DNA of 51,990 nt from a candidate division WWE3 bacterium RIFOXYB1_FULL_43_24 (GCA_001773135.1 MEVX01000008.1:91992-143981); one strand, 5' to 3'. Counted from the first letter of the stretch, positions 37,443 through 46,312 are shown. The notes: generated by a model not told the origin, from the sequence alone. Numbers and translations: made by a program.

Positions 37443-38976
37443 AAAGATTAATCTGGCTCTCTTTGGCTTGATGGTTCCTGCCGTAATATTAAGGCTTTTT
37501 AACCTTGGTTACTCAGATTATCAGGGGGATGAGATAAAAGCTCTTTACCTACCCGGAACCGGAGAGAATTTTTTCAGTTACCTCTTGGATCAACGTAAGG
37601 GACCCGTACAATTCATTATCACTTACTTTCTAAAATTTATTAACCCGGACTATACAAACCAACTATTAATGAGAATGCCGTTTGCATTGGCGGGGATACT
37701 CTCTGTTTTTTTCTTATATAAACTTGTTCAAATGCATTTCGGGAAAAAAGCGGCATGGATTTCAGCACTTCTTTTAGGAAGCAATGGATTTTTTGTGGCA
37801 TTTTCACGCATAGTTCAATACCAGTCGTTTGTAATACTTTTTATGATACTCACTTTGTATATGCTGACACTCGCGGTTAAAAGGCCGGATTACAAAACCA
37901 AAGGTGTGATCTGGGCATTTGTTTTTTGGGCTTTCGGAATTTTATCTCACTATGATGCTGTGTTTATCCTGCCTTTTGTAATGTATTTAATTTCTGTCTG
38001 GTTTAAAAGAAACTCTAAAACTAATCCGGCAGCCCTAAAAACTTTAATAATATCTTTGGCTGTATCGGGCGCGCTTATTCTTGCTTTTTATATTCCGTTC
38101 GTGTTTTCAATCTCCGAGTCCACGCTATCGTATTGGTCAGGAAGAATATCCGGTGAGGTGTCTTCAAAAATATCCAGTTCAAAATACTTATTCTCTGTTT
38201 ACCAACCTATCTACGTGGTTCATTTCTATATACTCGCATCACTTTTGGGGTTCGTTTTCCTTTACTACAAAGCATACGGTCTGAAGTTACCTAAAAAGAT
38301 CAAATTTAAAAGTGCGGCGTCTTACATAGCATTATTTGCCTGGTTCTTTATACCTTTTGTTTTTATGGAGTGGTTTGTATACATTCCGGGAACACATATA
38401 TATGTATACATATTGCCGGTAATAATAATAATCTCAATCGGTTTAGACGGTTTTTTAGATTTTCTTAGTGAAAAATTTCCGGGAACTGTTCTTGCGTGGG
38501 CGTACCAGGTTATTTTATTTCTAATATTCACTTTTATATTTGCACAGAGTTACGCCGTTTTTGTTGATAACACGAAAGAGTATCCGTGGGAAGAAGAAAA
38601 GTTCTTAGTTTGGACTTTTCCCGAACCTACCCCGATTTATCATTTAAGCCTTTTTGGATTTCCGTATTACAGGGATTGGGAAGGCATCTCAGCTTTTGTT
38701 AAACAATATCCTGAAATATCCGCTTACTCTACAAATGAGAGAAAATCGATTGTCCGTTACTTCGTACCTCTGGAAAAGGATACAAATAAAGCGGGTTTTT
38801 ATATACACATAAGAAATCCCCAAACATTTACAGAGACTGCCTCTAGCGAAAAATCACAGTACTGGATGGAAAAATACGACCCCATATTCACGCTAACGAA
38901 AGCCAATCAGGATTATGTAAGAATGTATATTATGGAGCCCGGTACGCTAAAAGAAATTAACGACAAGGGTTATTAA
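37426..38976 (+). CDS. GT-C (family 39/ArnT-like) membrane glycosyltransferase
   Basis: Multi-pass membrane protein with an early DYQGDE loop motif. Confidence 0.6.
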   Translation: MKKLIEKINLALFGLMVPAVILRLFNLGYSDYQGDEIKALYLPGTGENFFSYLLDQRKGPVQFIITYFLKFINPDYTNQLLMRMPFALAGILSVFFLYKLVQMHFGKKAAWISALLLGSNGFFVAFSRIVQYQSFVILFMILTLYMLTLAVKRPDYKTKGVIWAFVFWAFGILSHYDAVFILPFVMYLISVWFKRNSKTNPAALKTLIISLAVSGALILAFYIPFVFSISESTLSYWSGRISGEVSSKISSSKYLFSVYQPIYVVHFYILASLLGFVFLYYKAYGLKLPKKIKFKSAASYIALFAWFFIPFVFMEWFVYIPGTHIYVYILPVIIIISIGLDGFLDFLSEKFPGTVLAWAYQVILFLIFTFIFAQSYAVFVDNTKEYPWEEEKFLVWTFPEPTPIYHLSLFGFPYYRDWEGISAFVKQYPEISAYSTNERKSIVRYFVPLEKDTNKAGFYIHIRNPQTFTETASSEKSQYWMEKYDPIFTLTKANQDYVRMYIMEPGTLKEINDKGY

Positions 38977-38982
38977 ATAAAC

Positions 38983-39471
38983 ATGCCCGGTTTTTTAAGA
39001 ATTTTTATTGAGTCGGCAAGTTTTTTTGGAAACAATATTCCGGTTGTAGTGGTGGTGTCGTTGTCTTTTTTAGTTTATTTTGCTGCATCCGGATATATAA
39101 AAGAGGCAGGATTACTTGTACTCGCCGTGCTTAGTCTCCTATACTCCGTGTTACTTAAAAATATATTTAAAATTCCAAGGTTAGACACATACGTCGGAGA
39201 TCCTGCAAAACTTGGAGATATGTACAGGTTCCCAAGCAGTCACGTTATATTCTATGTATGTTTTTGGGGTTTATTATTATTTTTGTCCTTTAAAAAAGAT
39301 ATCTTCGGAGATGGTTTTGTCGCTTACCTTATACGGGGAGTAAGCATATACAATATACTTTTTGTCGGTATTTCCCGTATATTGGTCGGGGCTCATACAG
39401 TTCAGGACGTTGTAGCAGGCTACATTTTCGGTGGTATTTATCTTGCGGTTTTGATATATCTAAGCAGGTAA
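38983..39471 (+). CDS. PAP2-family membrane phosphatase
   Basis: FPSSHV and SRILVGAHTVQDV motifs. Confidence 0.7.
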   Translation: MPGFLRIFIESASFFGNNIPVVVVVSLSFLVYFAASGYIKEAGLLVLAVLSLLYSVLLKNIFKIPRLDTYVGDPAKLGDMYRFPSSHVIFYVCFWGLLLFLSFKKDIFGDGFVAYLIRGVSIYNILFVGISRILVGAHTVQDVVAGYIFGGIYLAVLIYLSR

Positions 39472-39849
39472 GAGAATCGTAAAATAAGGCCAGAAGATCA
39501 GGACAAGTATTACAAGAGCGGTAATGGCAGTTATAAGAACAAAACCCGCCGACAAATCTTTTATCACTTTTATACCCTCATCGAAATCTTTGATAAAAAA
39601 ATCAATGGTATCCTCAACGACAGTATTTAAAACCTCTGCCATTAAAAGCAACCCCATCGAGAGTATAAGCAACCCCCACTCTGTATTCGTAATGTTGAAG
39701 TGGAATCCCAGCAAAACCGAAATAAGAACAATAACTACCTGTACCCTGAAATTCGGTTCTTCTATGAGAGCCCGCAGTATGCCTTGGAACGCATATTTAA
39801 AACTTCTTGCATGTCTAAGCGGGTGGTGCGATTTCAAAAATCCTAACAT
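39460..39849 (-). CDS. dgkA: Diacylglycerol/undecaprenol kinase family protein
   Basis: SFKYAFQGI, three TM helices, NTVVEDTID. Confidence 0.75.
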   Translation of the reverse strand: MLGFLKSHHPLRHARSFKYAFQGILRALIEEPNFRVQVVIVLISVLLGFHFNITNTEWGLLILSMGLLLMAEVLNTVVEDTIDFFIKDFDEGIKVIKDLSAGFVLITAITALVILVLIFWPYFTILLPA

Positions 39850-39869
39850 GGTACTATAATATCACAGTT

Positions 39870-40931
39870 GTGAAAAAACTAGTGTCTAAAAAAGTAATTA
39901 AACTTCTGTTAATCGGTCTGCCAATAGCTTTAGCTGTTTGGTTTTTTTTGTTAAGACCAAAACAACTAACTGCGCTTGTAAGAAAAGTCTCTGTAGAAAA
40001 CATAGTAGTCTCAAGGACCGTCTCAGCAAGCGGGCAGGTTAAATCCGACGAACAAGCCGATTTAACATTTATGTCGGCCGGTAAAATTTCCGACATCTTA
40101 GTAGAAAAAGGAGATAAAGTTAAAAAAGGACAGTTCCTTGCATATTTGGATGGAACTACGCAATTTCAAACTACTCAATCTTACAAGGACGCCCGGGATG
40201 TAGCTTTAAGAAATAAAGACCTTTTTGTGCAGGAAAAAGATGCCAACGTAAGTGCTCTGGGTGGAGAAGATGCGTATGATATAAAACTCAGGCAGCTTGA
40301 CGAACTTATAAGCCAAGCAGAGGCATCTTACAAAGCCCAGCTATCAATTCTTAGTAACTCCTATATTTACGCACCGTTTGCCGGAACTATCATAGATGTT
40401 AACAAAAAGGTTGGAGAAACAGTTGTGATAGGGGAAACGGTCATGACTTTGGCAAATATGGATAAGTTTATTTTTGAGATAACAATAGATCAGGAAGATT
40501 ATGGGCTCATCAAAATTGGACAATACGCAAAAATCATGCTCGATTCGTACGATACTTTTGAGTTTAAAACTACAGTCACCCAGGTGCCTTTGACGGCAAA
40601 CCCTGTTACCGGGGTTTTTGAAATTGAGATTCCACTGTCGGGGGATGCAGATCACGCCCTGGCAATAGGGATGTTAGGCGATGCTTATATCGATGTTTTA
40701 ACTACTGAAAATGAGGTCCGCGCCCTTACAATAGACGAAATATTTTATGATGTGTCTGATAATCCTTTTGTATGGGTAGTGGAAAACGGCAAGCTCAAAA
40801 AACTTCCTGTAGAACTTGGGATAGAGGGCGACATATACACCGAAATTAAAACTGAAATTAATGAAGTTGTGGTTCCCGCGCAAGAAAACCAAAAACTGAC
40901 CGAAGGATATTTTGCCAAAGTAATTAACTAA
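39870..40931 (+). CDS. Periplasmic adaptor (HlyD/MacA-like) subunit of an ABC efflux system
   Basis: N-terminal TM, lipoyl-like hairpin and coiled coil, adjacent to MacB-like genes. Confidence 0.7.
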   Translation: MKKLVSKKVIKLLLIGLPIALAVWFFLLRPKQLTALVRKVSVENIVVSRTVSASGQVKSDEQADLTFMSAGKISDILVEKGDKVKKGQFLAYLDGTTQFQTTQSYKDARDVALRNKDLFVQEKDANVSALGGEDAYDIKLRQLDELISQAEASYKAQLSILSNSYIYAPFAGTIIDVNKKVGETVVIGETVMTLANMDKFIFEITIDQEDYGLIKIGQYAKIMLDSYDTFEFKTTVTQVPLTANPVTGVFEIEIPLSGDADHALAIGMLGDAYIDVLTTENEVRALTIDEIFYDVSDNPFVWVVENGKLKKLPVELGIEGDIYTEIKTEINEVVVPAQENQKLTEGYFAKVIN

Positions 40932-40932
40932 A

Positions 40933-41604
40933 ATGACTCCCGTATTACAGGCTCAAAACGTATCAAAAATATACGATATGGGAACTTCTAAAATAGAGGC
41001 TCTGAAAGGGGTCAATATCGGAATTAATAAAGGAGAATTTGTTGCTATTGTAGGAAAATCGGGGTCCGGTAAATCTACATTGATGCATATTTTAGGTTTG
41101 TTGGACACGCCCACGGAAGGTGAAATAATTCTAAACGGGGTAAACACTAAGGGAATGTCGGAAAAGCAACTAGCCGCAGTACGTAATAGCGAGATAGGTT
41201 TCGTTTTTCAAACATTCAACCTGCTCCAAAGAACAACCGTTTTAGATAATGTAATACTTCCCCTTAAATACAGTGACGTTCCTAGCACCGAGTGGGTCAG
41301 AAAAGCTAAAGAAATGATCGAATTAGTAGGACTGCAGGACCGATTGAAAAATAAATCAAATGAATTATCGGGCGGACAAAAACAAAGAGTGGCCATTGCA
41401 AGAGCAATGATTAACGATCCAAGTATTATTTTGGCGGACGAACCTACCGGAAACCTAGATTCAAAAACAGGCGATGAGATCGTAAATAACTTTTTAAGAT
41501 TAAATTCCCGTGGAAAGACTATTATCCTGGTTACACACGACAATGATTTGGCACAAATAGCTCAAAGACGAATAGTCTTAAAAGATGGTTCTATTGTCGA
41601 ATGA
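40933..41604 (+). CDS. ABC transporter ATP-binding protein (MacB/LolD type)
   Basis: GKSGSGKST, LSGGQKQR, ILADEPTGNLD. Confidence 0.9.
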   Translation: MTPVLQAQNVSKIYDMGTSKIEALKGVNIGINKGEFVAIVGKSGSGKSTLMHILGLLDTPTEGEIILNGVNTKGMSEKQLAAVRNSEIGFVFQTFNLLQRTTVLDNVILPLKYSDVPSTEWVRKAKEMIELVGLQDRLKNKSNELSGGQKQRVAIARAMINDPSIILADEPTGNLDSKTGDEIVNNFLRLNSRGKTIILVTHDNDLAQIAQRRIVLKDGSIVE

Positions 41605-42782
41605 TTTACATTCCTGAAACAATTAAAAGCGCGTTTTCAGCCCTGGCTCTAAATAAAGTAAGGACTTTTCTTACCATGTTGGGCGTTATTATAGGGGTTT
41701 TTTCTGTAGTTGCTTTGGTTGCTGTAGTTCAGGGTTTTCAGAACTATATTACCGATCAATTTAGTGCGTTGGGGTCAAATTTGATTCTGGTCACGCCCAA
41801 AGTTGGTGAAGGTCAGGACCCATCCCGATCTTTTATGGGGAATAAACTCAGTCTTAAAAATGTTGACACCATAAATTTGTATCTGGGAGATAAGGTTAGT
41901 GCGGTCACACCTTCAATAAGGATAGCCAAAACTGCCGAATACAAAACGAAAACATATGCTTCCACAGTTGTAGGTGGTAACTACCAGTCATACTCAGTAT
42001 ATGGTTTAGAAACCGAATACGGATCCTACTACACAAAATTTGATGATTCGAAAAAAGCTAACGTTGTTTTTATAAGCGCGGACGTCAAAGAAGAATTGTT
42101 CGGGGAACGTAACCCCGTGGGAGAAGAAATTAAAATAGAAAACGTTTCTTTCGAAATATTAGGTGTAGCAAAACCAAAAGGAGGAACTTTTGACGACAGG
42201 ATATTCATGCCTGATACTACTTTGAAGCAAGCCTTTAATGTGGATGTTTTATCCAGTATCGCCGTGAAAATTAAGGAAAATCAGGATATTGATGAGTTAA
42301 TGCACGAGATAAAGCTGGCGTTGTTGAAAGATATAAAAGCGGACGATTTTTCTGTTGTAACTCAAAAGGACATTTTGTCCTCTATAGACCAGATATTAGG
42401 TGTGCTAGCTTCCGCACTTGCGGCAGTTGCCGGAATATCTTTATTGGTGGGAGGCATAGGTATCATGAATATAATGTTAGTTTCGGTTACAGAACGCACA
42501 CAGGAAATCGGTTTGAGAAAAGCTTTGGGGGCAACTTCGAAAAATATCGGAAGACAGTTTTTAACTGAAGCCATTGTCATAAGTGTGGGTGGAGGCATGG
42601 TAGGCTTATTCTTAGGCTATCTGTCAACGCTAGCGGTTAAAAGTTTTTTACGAGCTACCATACCGTGGTGGGCTATTGCTCTCGCAATGAGCTTCTCAAT
42701 TATAGTAGGTGTTGTGTTCGGAACCTATCCCGCATTAAGTGCGAGCAAAAAGGATCCCATCGAAGCTCTTAGGTTTGAATAA
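41601..42782 (+). CDS. ABC transporter permease (MacB/FtsX type)
   Basis: MacB periplasmic domain, and FtsX-like C-terminal TM bundle with RTQEIGLRKALGA. Confidence 0.85.
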   Translation: MIYIPETIKSAFSALALNKVRTFLTMLGVIIGVFSVVALVAVVQGFQNYITDQFSALGSNLILVTPKVGEGQDPSRSFMGNKLSLKNVDTINLYLGDKVSAVTPSIRIAKTAEYKTKTYASTVVGGNYQSYSVYGLETEYGSYYTKFDDSKKANVVFISADVKEELFGERNPVGEEIKIENVSFEILGVAKPKGGTFDDRIFMPDTTLKQAFNVDVLSSIAVKIKENQDIDELMHEIKLALLKDIKADDFSVVTQKDILSSIDQILGVLASALAAVAGISLLVGGIGIMNIMLVSVTERTQEIGLRKALGATSKNIGRQFLTEAIVISVGGGMVGLFLGYLSTLAVKSFLRATIPWWAIALAMSFSIIVGVVFGTYPALSASKKDPIEALRFE

Positions 42783-42783
42783 G

Positions 42784-43227
42784 CTACTGAGAAATCTTCT
42801 CGTAGACTAATAAATAACTTTTTCCGTCTACAAGCTCGATGCTGTCCATTTTAGATGTAATGTCGTTGTCCCCGTCAAAAATTTTCCAGCTCATTGTATC
42901 GGTAGCTTTGATGTTGTTAACGTGATCGAGTTGGCTACCGTAAGAATATGCTGTACGGTCAAACGTAAAATCAGTGTTGTTTTCTCTGACCTGCAGCAAT
43001 AAATCGGATACGGTTTTGTTAGTCTTAGACTCTTGTTTATATGTTTTTGTGAAAGTAGGAGTTTTAACAGTAAGCGTAACATCTACTCTCTTTACTTCAA
43101 CTGACTTTTCATCTATTTTGTCTTCAACTGAAACAGGAATGCCCTTTATAACTGACTTAACGTAAAAATAGGAAAATATTAGAAAAAGAATATAGAGTGG
43201 CAGTAATAATTTGTTCAACTTATTCAT
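42784..43227 (-). CDS. Small secreted protein (DUF4430-like, tentative)
   Basis: Signal/anchor helix. C-terminal WKIFDGDNDI...LVDGKSYLLVY resembles DUF4430. Confidence 0.4.
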   Translation of the reverse strand: MNKLNKLLLPLYILFLIFSYFYVKSVIKGIPVSVEDKIDEKSVEVKRVDVTLTVKTPTFTKTYKQESKTNKTVSDLLLQVRENNTDFTFDRTAYSYGSQLDHVNNIKATDTMSWKIFDGDNDITSKMDSIELVDGKSYLLVYEKISQ

Positions 43228-43287
43228 ACGCCTATTTTAACAGATTGCGGTGGTATAATTTACAAGTAATCTAAGGGTTCCCGCCGT

Positions 43288-43364
43288 GCCTCCATAGCTC
43301 AGCGGATCAGAGCACTCGTCTTCGGAACGAGGGGTCGGGGGTTCGAATCCCTCTGGGGGCGCCA
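43288..43364 (+). tRNA. tRNA-Arg (anticodon TCG)
   Basis: GCCTCCA acceptor, CTCGT-CTTCGGA-ACGAG anticodon arm, GGGGGTTCGAATCCCTC T-arm, TGGGGGC, G, CCA. Confidence 0.9.
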
Positions 43365-43412
43365 TCGAATTGCGGCGGGCTAAGTCCCGACGTAATTTGA
43401 TAGAGTTTTCTA

Positions 43413-43488
43413 GGATTCGAATGCCGGAGCGAACGAAGGTGAGCGAGGCGGGGTCGACGGGCGTGTCAGCAGACACGAACCGGTGACC
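43413..43488 (+). ncRNA. Conserved 76-nt structured core of a tRNA-3'-end-associated element (copy 1)
   Basis: Aligns colinearly without gaps to 46205-46280 with 65/76 identities by hand count. Predicted helices: 43429-43434/43439-43444, 43452-43460/43480-43488, 43463-43467/43472-43476. Four pairs covary between the two copies. Confidence 0.6.
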
Positions 43489-43508
43489 GAATCCCTCTGG
43501 GGGCGCCA
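43488..43508 (+). repeat. Orphan copy of the tRNA-Arg 3' end
   Basis: CGAATCCCTCTGGGGGCGCCA is identical to 43344-43364. Confidence 0.9.
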
Positions 43509-43599
43509 AGAAATTTCGACAGGGATATTACATCCTACTTAATTTGAAACTGCCTGTCCTTTCATATACAATCCCGACTACTAGAAAAGGAGAAGCAAA

Positions 43600-43803
43600 A
43601 TGCCCGGGAGCATGATTTTTGTAGAACAAGTTATTAGAACTTTGCTGAAAGAAGAGGGCCCGAAAGACAAGCAAACTCTTGTACGGGAAGTCGCCGATCA
43701 GATGAATATCAGTGAGCTGGATAGTTATATAGAAGCTACGTTGGATAACATGATCGGTACAGGCAAAATTGACTTGGACGAGAACGGGAAAGTGCATATC
43801 TAA
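43600..43803 (+). CDS. Small hypothetical protein (67 aa)
   Basis: ATG after AAAGGAGAAG. I prefer it over the overlapping minus-strand ORF 43528-43878, which lacks an RBS. Confidence 0.5.
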   Translation: MPGSMIFVEQVIRTLLKEEGPKDKQTLVREVADQMNISELDSYIEATLDNMIGTGKIDLDENGKVHI

Positions 43804-43895
43804 ATTCTTTATAGACGGGCATCCGGAAAACATTAAAATCCGATGTCCGTTTTCTTTTCCTTGCTTTAACCGCCCCATAAAATATAATTTAGGCT

Positions 43896-44396
43896 ATGAA
43901 GCTAAAAATAGCCGATTCGTTAATAGCGGGTTTTGGGTTTGGTTCCACATCGGGAGTTATAACTACGCTCGGTATGATAGTGGGGCTTTATTCTTCATCT
44001 TCTGATAGGCTGGCCATCATAGGGGGAATATTTACCGTCAGTGTTGCAGACGCTCTATCGGACGCTTTGGGTGAGCATATTTCGGAGGAATCAAAAGAGA
44101 ATCCACTGGACGCAGATGTCAGGAACATAACAATTTCCACATTTTTAACAAAACTGATAGTAGGTTTGTCTTTCGTAATTCCCTTCGTTTCCTTACCTGT
44201 AGCACACGCTGTAGTAGTCAGTATTATATATGCCTCTCTCGTGTTGATATTGTTGAGTTTAAGGATTGCGAAGAGGACGGGTCAAAACAGGCTTGAGGTT
44301 GTGGCCGAGCATCTGCTGGTCGGATTTGCGGTAGTTATTATTACTTTCTTCTTAGGAAAATGGGTAGAAACCGCTTTTTCTAACAACACTGTGTAG
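43896..44396 (+). CDS. Small integral membrane protein (VIT1/CCC1-like, tentative)
   Basis: Four to five hydrophobic segments, Gly-rich TM1 (GFGFGSTSGVITTLGMIVGL). Confidence 0.4.
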   Translation: MKLKIADSLIAGFGFGSTSGVITTLGMIVGLYSSSSDRLAIIGGIFTVSVADALSDALGEHISEESKENPLDADVRNITISTFLTKLIVGLSFVIPFVSLPVAHAVVVSIIYASLVLILLSLRIAKRTGQNRLEVVAEHLLVGFAVVIITFFLGKWVETAFSNNTV

Positions 44397-44412
44397 TATA
44401 ATTGTCGGGCTT

Positions 44413-44487
44413 GGGGACGTAGCTCAGTGGTAGAGCAACCGGCTCTTAACCGGTTTGTCGAGGGTTCGAATCCCTCCGTCCTCACCA
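44413..44487 (+). tRNA. tRNA-Lys (anticodon CTT)
   Basis: GGGGACG acceptor, ACCGG-CTCTTAA-CCGGT anticodon arm, GAGGGTTCGAATCCCTC T-arm, CCA. Confidence 0.9.
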
Positions 44488-44573
44488 TGAAAGATGTTCG
44501 CTTTCCGGGTTGTAAAAAATACTGAAATTGCAGAACATTGGGCAAAAGATATTGTTGCTAAAGTCTAGTTTTC

Positions 44574-44617
44574 ATAAAAAAAGGCTCACAAGTCTGCGTT
44601 CAGCAAAAATGTGAGCC
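44574..44617 (-). terminator. Terminator of the minus-strand gene 44625-45044
   Basis: GGCTCACA ... TGTGAGCC 8-bp stem. The plus-strand A-run gives a minus-strand T-run. Confidence 0.55.
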
Positions 44618-44624
44618 GGCGAGT

Positions 44625-45044
44625 CTAAATAACCCCAGAGAACAAAGCAAGATCTTTATTAACTGCATCTAACTCCTTCAGGAGGCACTCTTGTTTACGG
44701 GCCAGTACGTCTTTTGCCAGTAAACCCAGATGTCTGAGGAGTTTTTGAATATCCGGTTCTTTCGAAAAAACAGACGGATTAAACCCCTCGAATGTGAAGT
44801 CTTCCTGACCGATTTCAACATGACCTTTAATCGTTGAGCACAGAGTGTGGGGTCCTACATCGGTTACCTTAAAAGAGATTTCGAGGTAGCAAACACGGTA
44901 TTTTTCGTACTCCACATTACCCCAATTTTCCAGAATGACAACCGGCCAGTTTTCACGAACTATATGAAGCCGTGGAAACTTTTCATTCAAACCAACGGCA
45001 ATAAGCAGAGCATCTTGCTTTTCTAACGTTCTTGTAACACGCAT
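44625..45044 (-). CDS. Hypothetical protein
   Basis: 139-aa ORF preceded by AGGAGGAGAA. Confidence 0.45.
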   Translation of the reverse strand: MRVTRTLEKQDALLIAVGLNEKFPRLHIVRENWPVVILENWGNVEYEKYRVCYLEISFKVTDVGPHTLCSTIKGHVEIGQEDFTFEGFNPSVFSKEPDIQKLLRHLGLLAKDVLARKQECLLKELDAVNKDLALFSGVI

Positions 45045-45230
45045 TTTCTCCTCCTTATTCTGATTTTTCCCGATAATACCACATTAAGCCGGGATTATCA
45101 TAAAAAAATGGTAAGAAACGATTTAACTTAAACTGTCCCATTAAATTATTGATTTAGAACGTTCTGAGTATTAATATGCCCTCATAAGTGGGTCTGCTAA
45201 AAATATCTTTTATTAAGAAAGGGGAGCGAG

Positions 45231-45407
45231 ATGATATTTTGTAAGGGAACAAATACGGAGCAGATATCTGGCAGAAGCAGTAACCGTGATTGGCAGGTAA
45301 ATACTAATTTCATAAACGGGAGCTTCAACGTTACGAGCAAGTGTCCGAACGCTCCGAATGAACGTCGCCGCAGACGCCGTCACTCGAGAAAAGAACATAA
45401 ACAGTAG
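45231..45407 (+). CDS. 58-aa small protein with a poly-Arg C-terminus (below the ORF-track cutoff)
   Basis: AAAGGGGAG lies 5 nt before the ATG. Hand translation: MIFCKGTNTEQISGRSSNRDWQVNTNFINGSFNVTSKCPNAPNERRRRRRHSRKEHKQ. A strong terminator follows directly. Confidence 0.4.
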   Translation: MIFCKGTNTEQISGRSSNRDWQVNTNFINGSFNVTSKCPNAPNERRRRRRHSRKEHKQ

Positions 45408-45418
45408 AGTCCACTGTT

Positions 45419-45465
45419 AGGCCCAAAGCGTATTTTTAAAAAGCTTTGGGTCTTTTCTTTTTCTG
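45419..45465 (+). terminator. Rho-independent terminator
   Basis: AGGCCCAAAGC ... GCTTTGGGTCT stem followed by TTTCTTTTTC. Confidence 0.7.
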
Positions 45466-45505
45466 TTGATAAAGGAGCAAATACTATATAATCTGATTAT
45501 TAAGA

Positions 45506-45590
45506 GCCAGAGTGGCGAAATTGGCAGACGCGCAGTCTTCAGAAGGCTGTATCGCAAGGTGTGTGGGTTCGAGTCCCACCTCTGGCACCA
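45506..45590 (+). tRNA. tRNA-Leu (anticodon CAG)
   Basis: GCCAGAG acceptor, CAGTC-TTCAGAA-GGCTG anticodon arm, long variable arm, GTGGGTTCGAGTCCCAC T-arm, CCA. Confidence 0.9.
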
Positions 45591-45611
45591 GTAATTGATT
45601 TAAAAAACAAG

Positions 45612-46070
45612 ATGAAAAATATAAAAATTGCTTTAGTCACGGTCTTGGCTTTTGTTGCTTTGTTTATTTCTTTTTACAATTTCTTCTATCTCAGGAATCT
45701 TGAGAACAAGATAAAAGACATCGAGAGTATTCTTCCCGAAAGTAATTTGGAGGCTACAGAAGATATTATTCCCGCGGAAGATCCGGTTGCCTTAGAAACT
45801 TTTGTCGGCACTCTCACAAAAGACGAGATACCTGCTGAGCTGGAATTAGGCGATTATTGGTACTGGTTATATTTTGATGAACCCTACCTCCTTGAAGAAA
45901 ACGCACGTGGCATGCCTATGAACGTAGACAAGCTACAGGTCAACCTTCCTGCGCAGGAAATAGAGGGAATGGACGTGTTTGACGGCATGCACGTAGAGAT
46001 AAAAGGTAGCATAACTTGGGGTTACGCAGAGTCAAGTGTTATCCAAGCCGAAGAAATAGTGATTAAATAG
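45612..46070 (+). CDS. Membrane-anchored hypothetical protein
   Basis: I chose the internal ATG at 45612 (MKNIKIALVTVLAF...) because the listed start at 45561 lies inside tRNA-Leu. Confidence 0.5.
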   Translation: MKNIKIALVTVLAFVALFISFYNFFYLRNLENKIKDIESILPESNLEATEDIIPAEDPVALETFVGTLTKDEIPAELELGDYWYWLYFDEPYLLEENARGMPMNVDKLQVNLPAQEIEGMDVFDGMHVEIKGSITWGYAESSVIQAEEIVIK

Positions 46071-46098
46071 CGCTTTGTTTGGTATAATTTCTCTGTTT

Positions 46099-46185
46099 GG
46101 GCGAGTGGCGGAATTGGTATACGCGCAACGTTGAGGTCGTTGTCGGGTAAAACCGGTGCAGGTTCAAGTCCTGTCTCGCCCACCA
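46099..46185 (+). tRNA. tRNA-Leu (anticodon GAG)
   Basis: GGGCGAG acceptor, CAACG-TTGAGGT-CGTTG anticodon arm, long variable arm, GCAGGTTCAAGTCCTGT T-arm, CCA. Confidence 0.9.
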
Positions 46186-46204
46186 ATACACTTTTTTGAC
46201 CGGC

Positions 46205-46280
46205 GGACTTGAATGCCGGACTGAGCGAAGGCGAAGGAGGCGGGGTCGACTGGCGTGTCACCAGACACGAACAGGTGACC
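46205..46280 (+). ncRNA. Conserved 76-nt structured core of a tRNA-3'-end-associated element (copy 2)
   Basis: Colinear with 43413-43488. Predicted helices: 46221-46226/46231-46236, 46244-46252/46272-46280, 46255-46259/46264-46268. Confidence 0.6.
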
Positions 46281-46281
46281 T

Positions 46282-46300
46282 AGTCCTGTCTCGCCCACCA
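46282..46300 (+). repeat. Orphan copy of the tRNA-Leu(GAG) 3' end
   Basis: AGTCCTGTCTCGCCCACCA is identical to 46167-46185. Confidence 0.9.
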
Positions 46301-46312
46301 TATAAAAATAAC

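Noticed and set aside
43365-43487. Reading the tRNA-adjacent inserts as tRNA introns (group I, or archaeal bulge-helix-bulge type)
   Set aside because: A complete, uninterrupted cloverleaf with CCA lies upstream of each insert, so splicing is not needed. At 96-126 nt the inserts are far too small for group I/II introns. True introns do not duplicate the 3' exon.
43237-43509. 90-aa minus-strand ORF containing MAPPEGF twice
   Set aside because: It lies entirely over tRNA-Arg, the structured insert and the orphan 3'-end copy. The repeated peptide motif is just the translated tRNA 3'-end duplication.
43528-43878. 116-aa minus-strand ORF
   Set aside because: It has no RBS and overlaps the plus-strand 67-aa ORF, which has a strong AAAGGAG RBS. 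I prefer the plus-strand gene.
45213-45398. 61-aa minus-strand ORF
   Set aside because: It is antisense to a plus-strand 58-codon ORF that has both a strong RBS and a downstream terminator. No RBS is seen for the minus-strand frame.
46022-46261. 79-aa minus-strand ORF, and the N-terminal 39 codons of the listed ORF 46196-47977
   Set aside because: Both cover tRNA-Leu(GAG) and the conserved insert. The DUF2207-like gene has a proper signal-peptide start at 46313.
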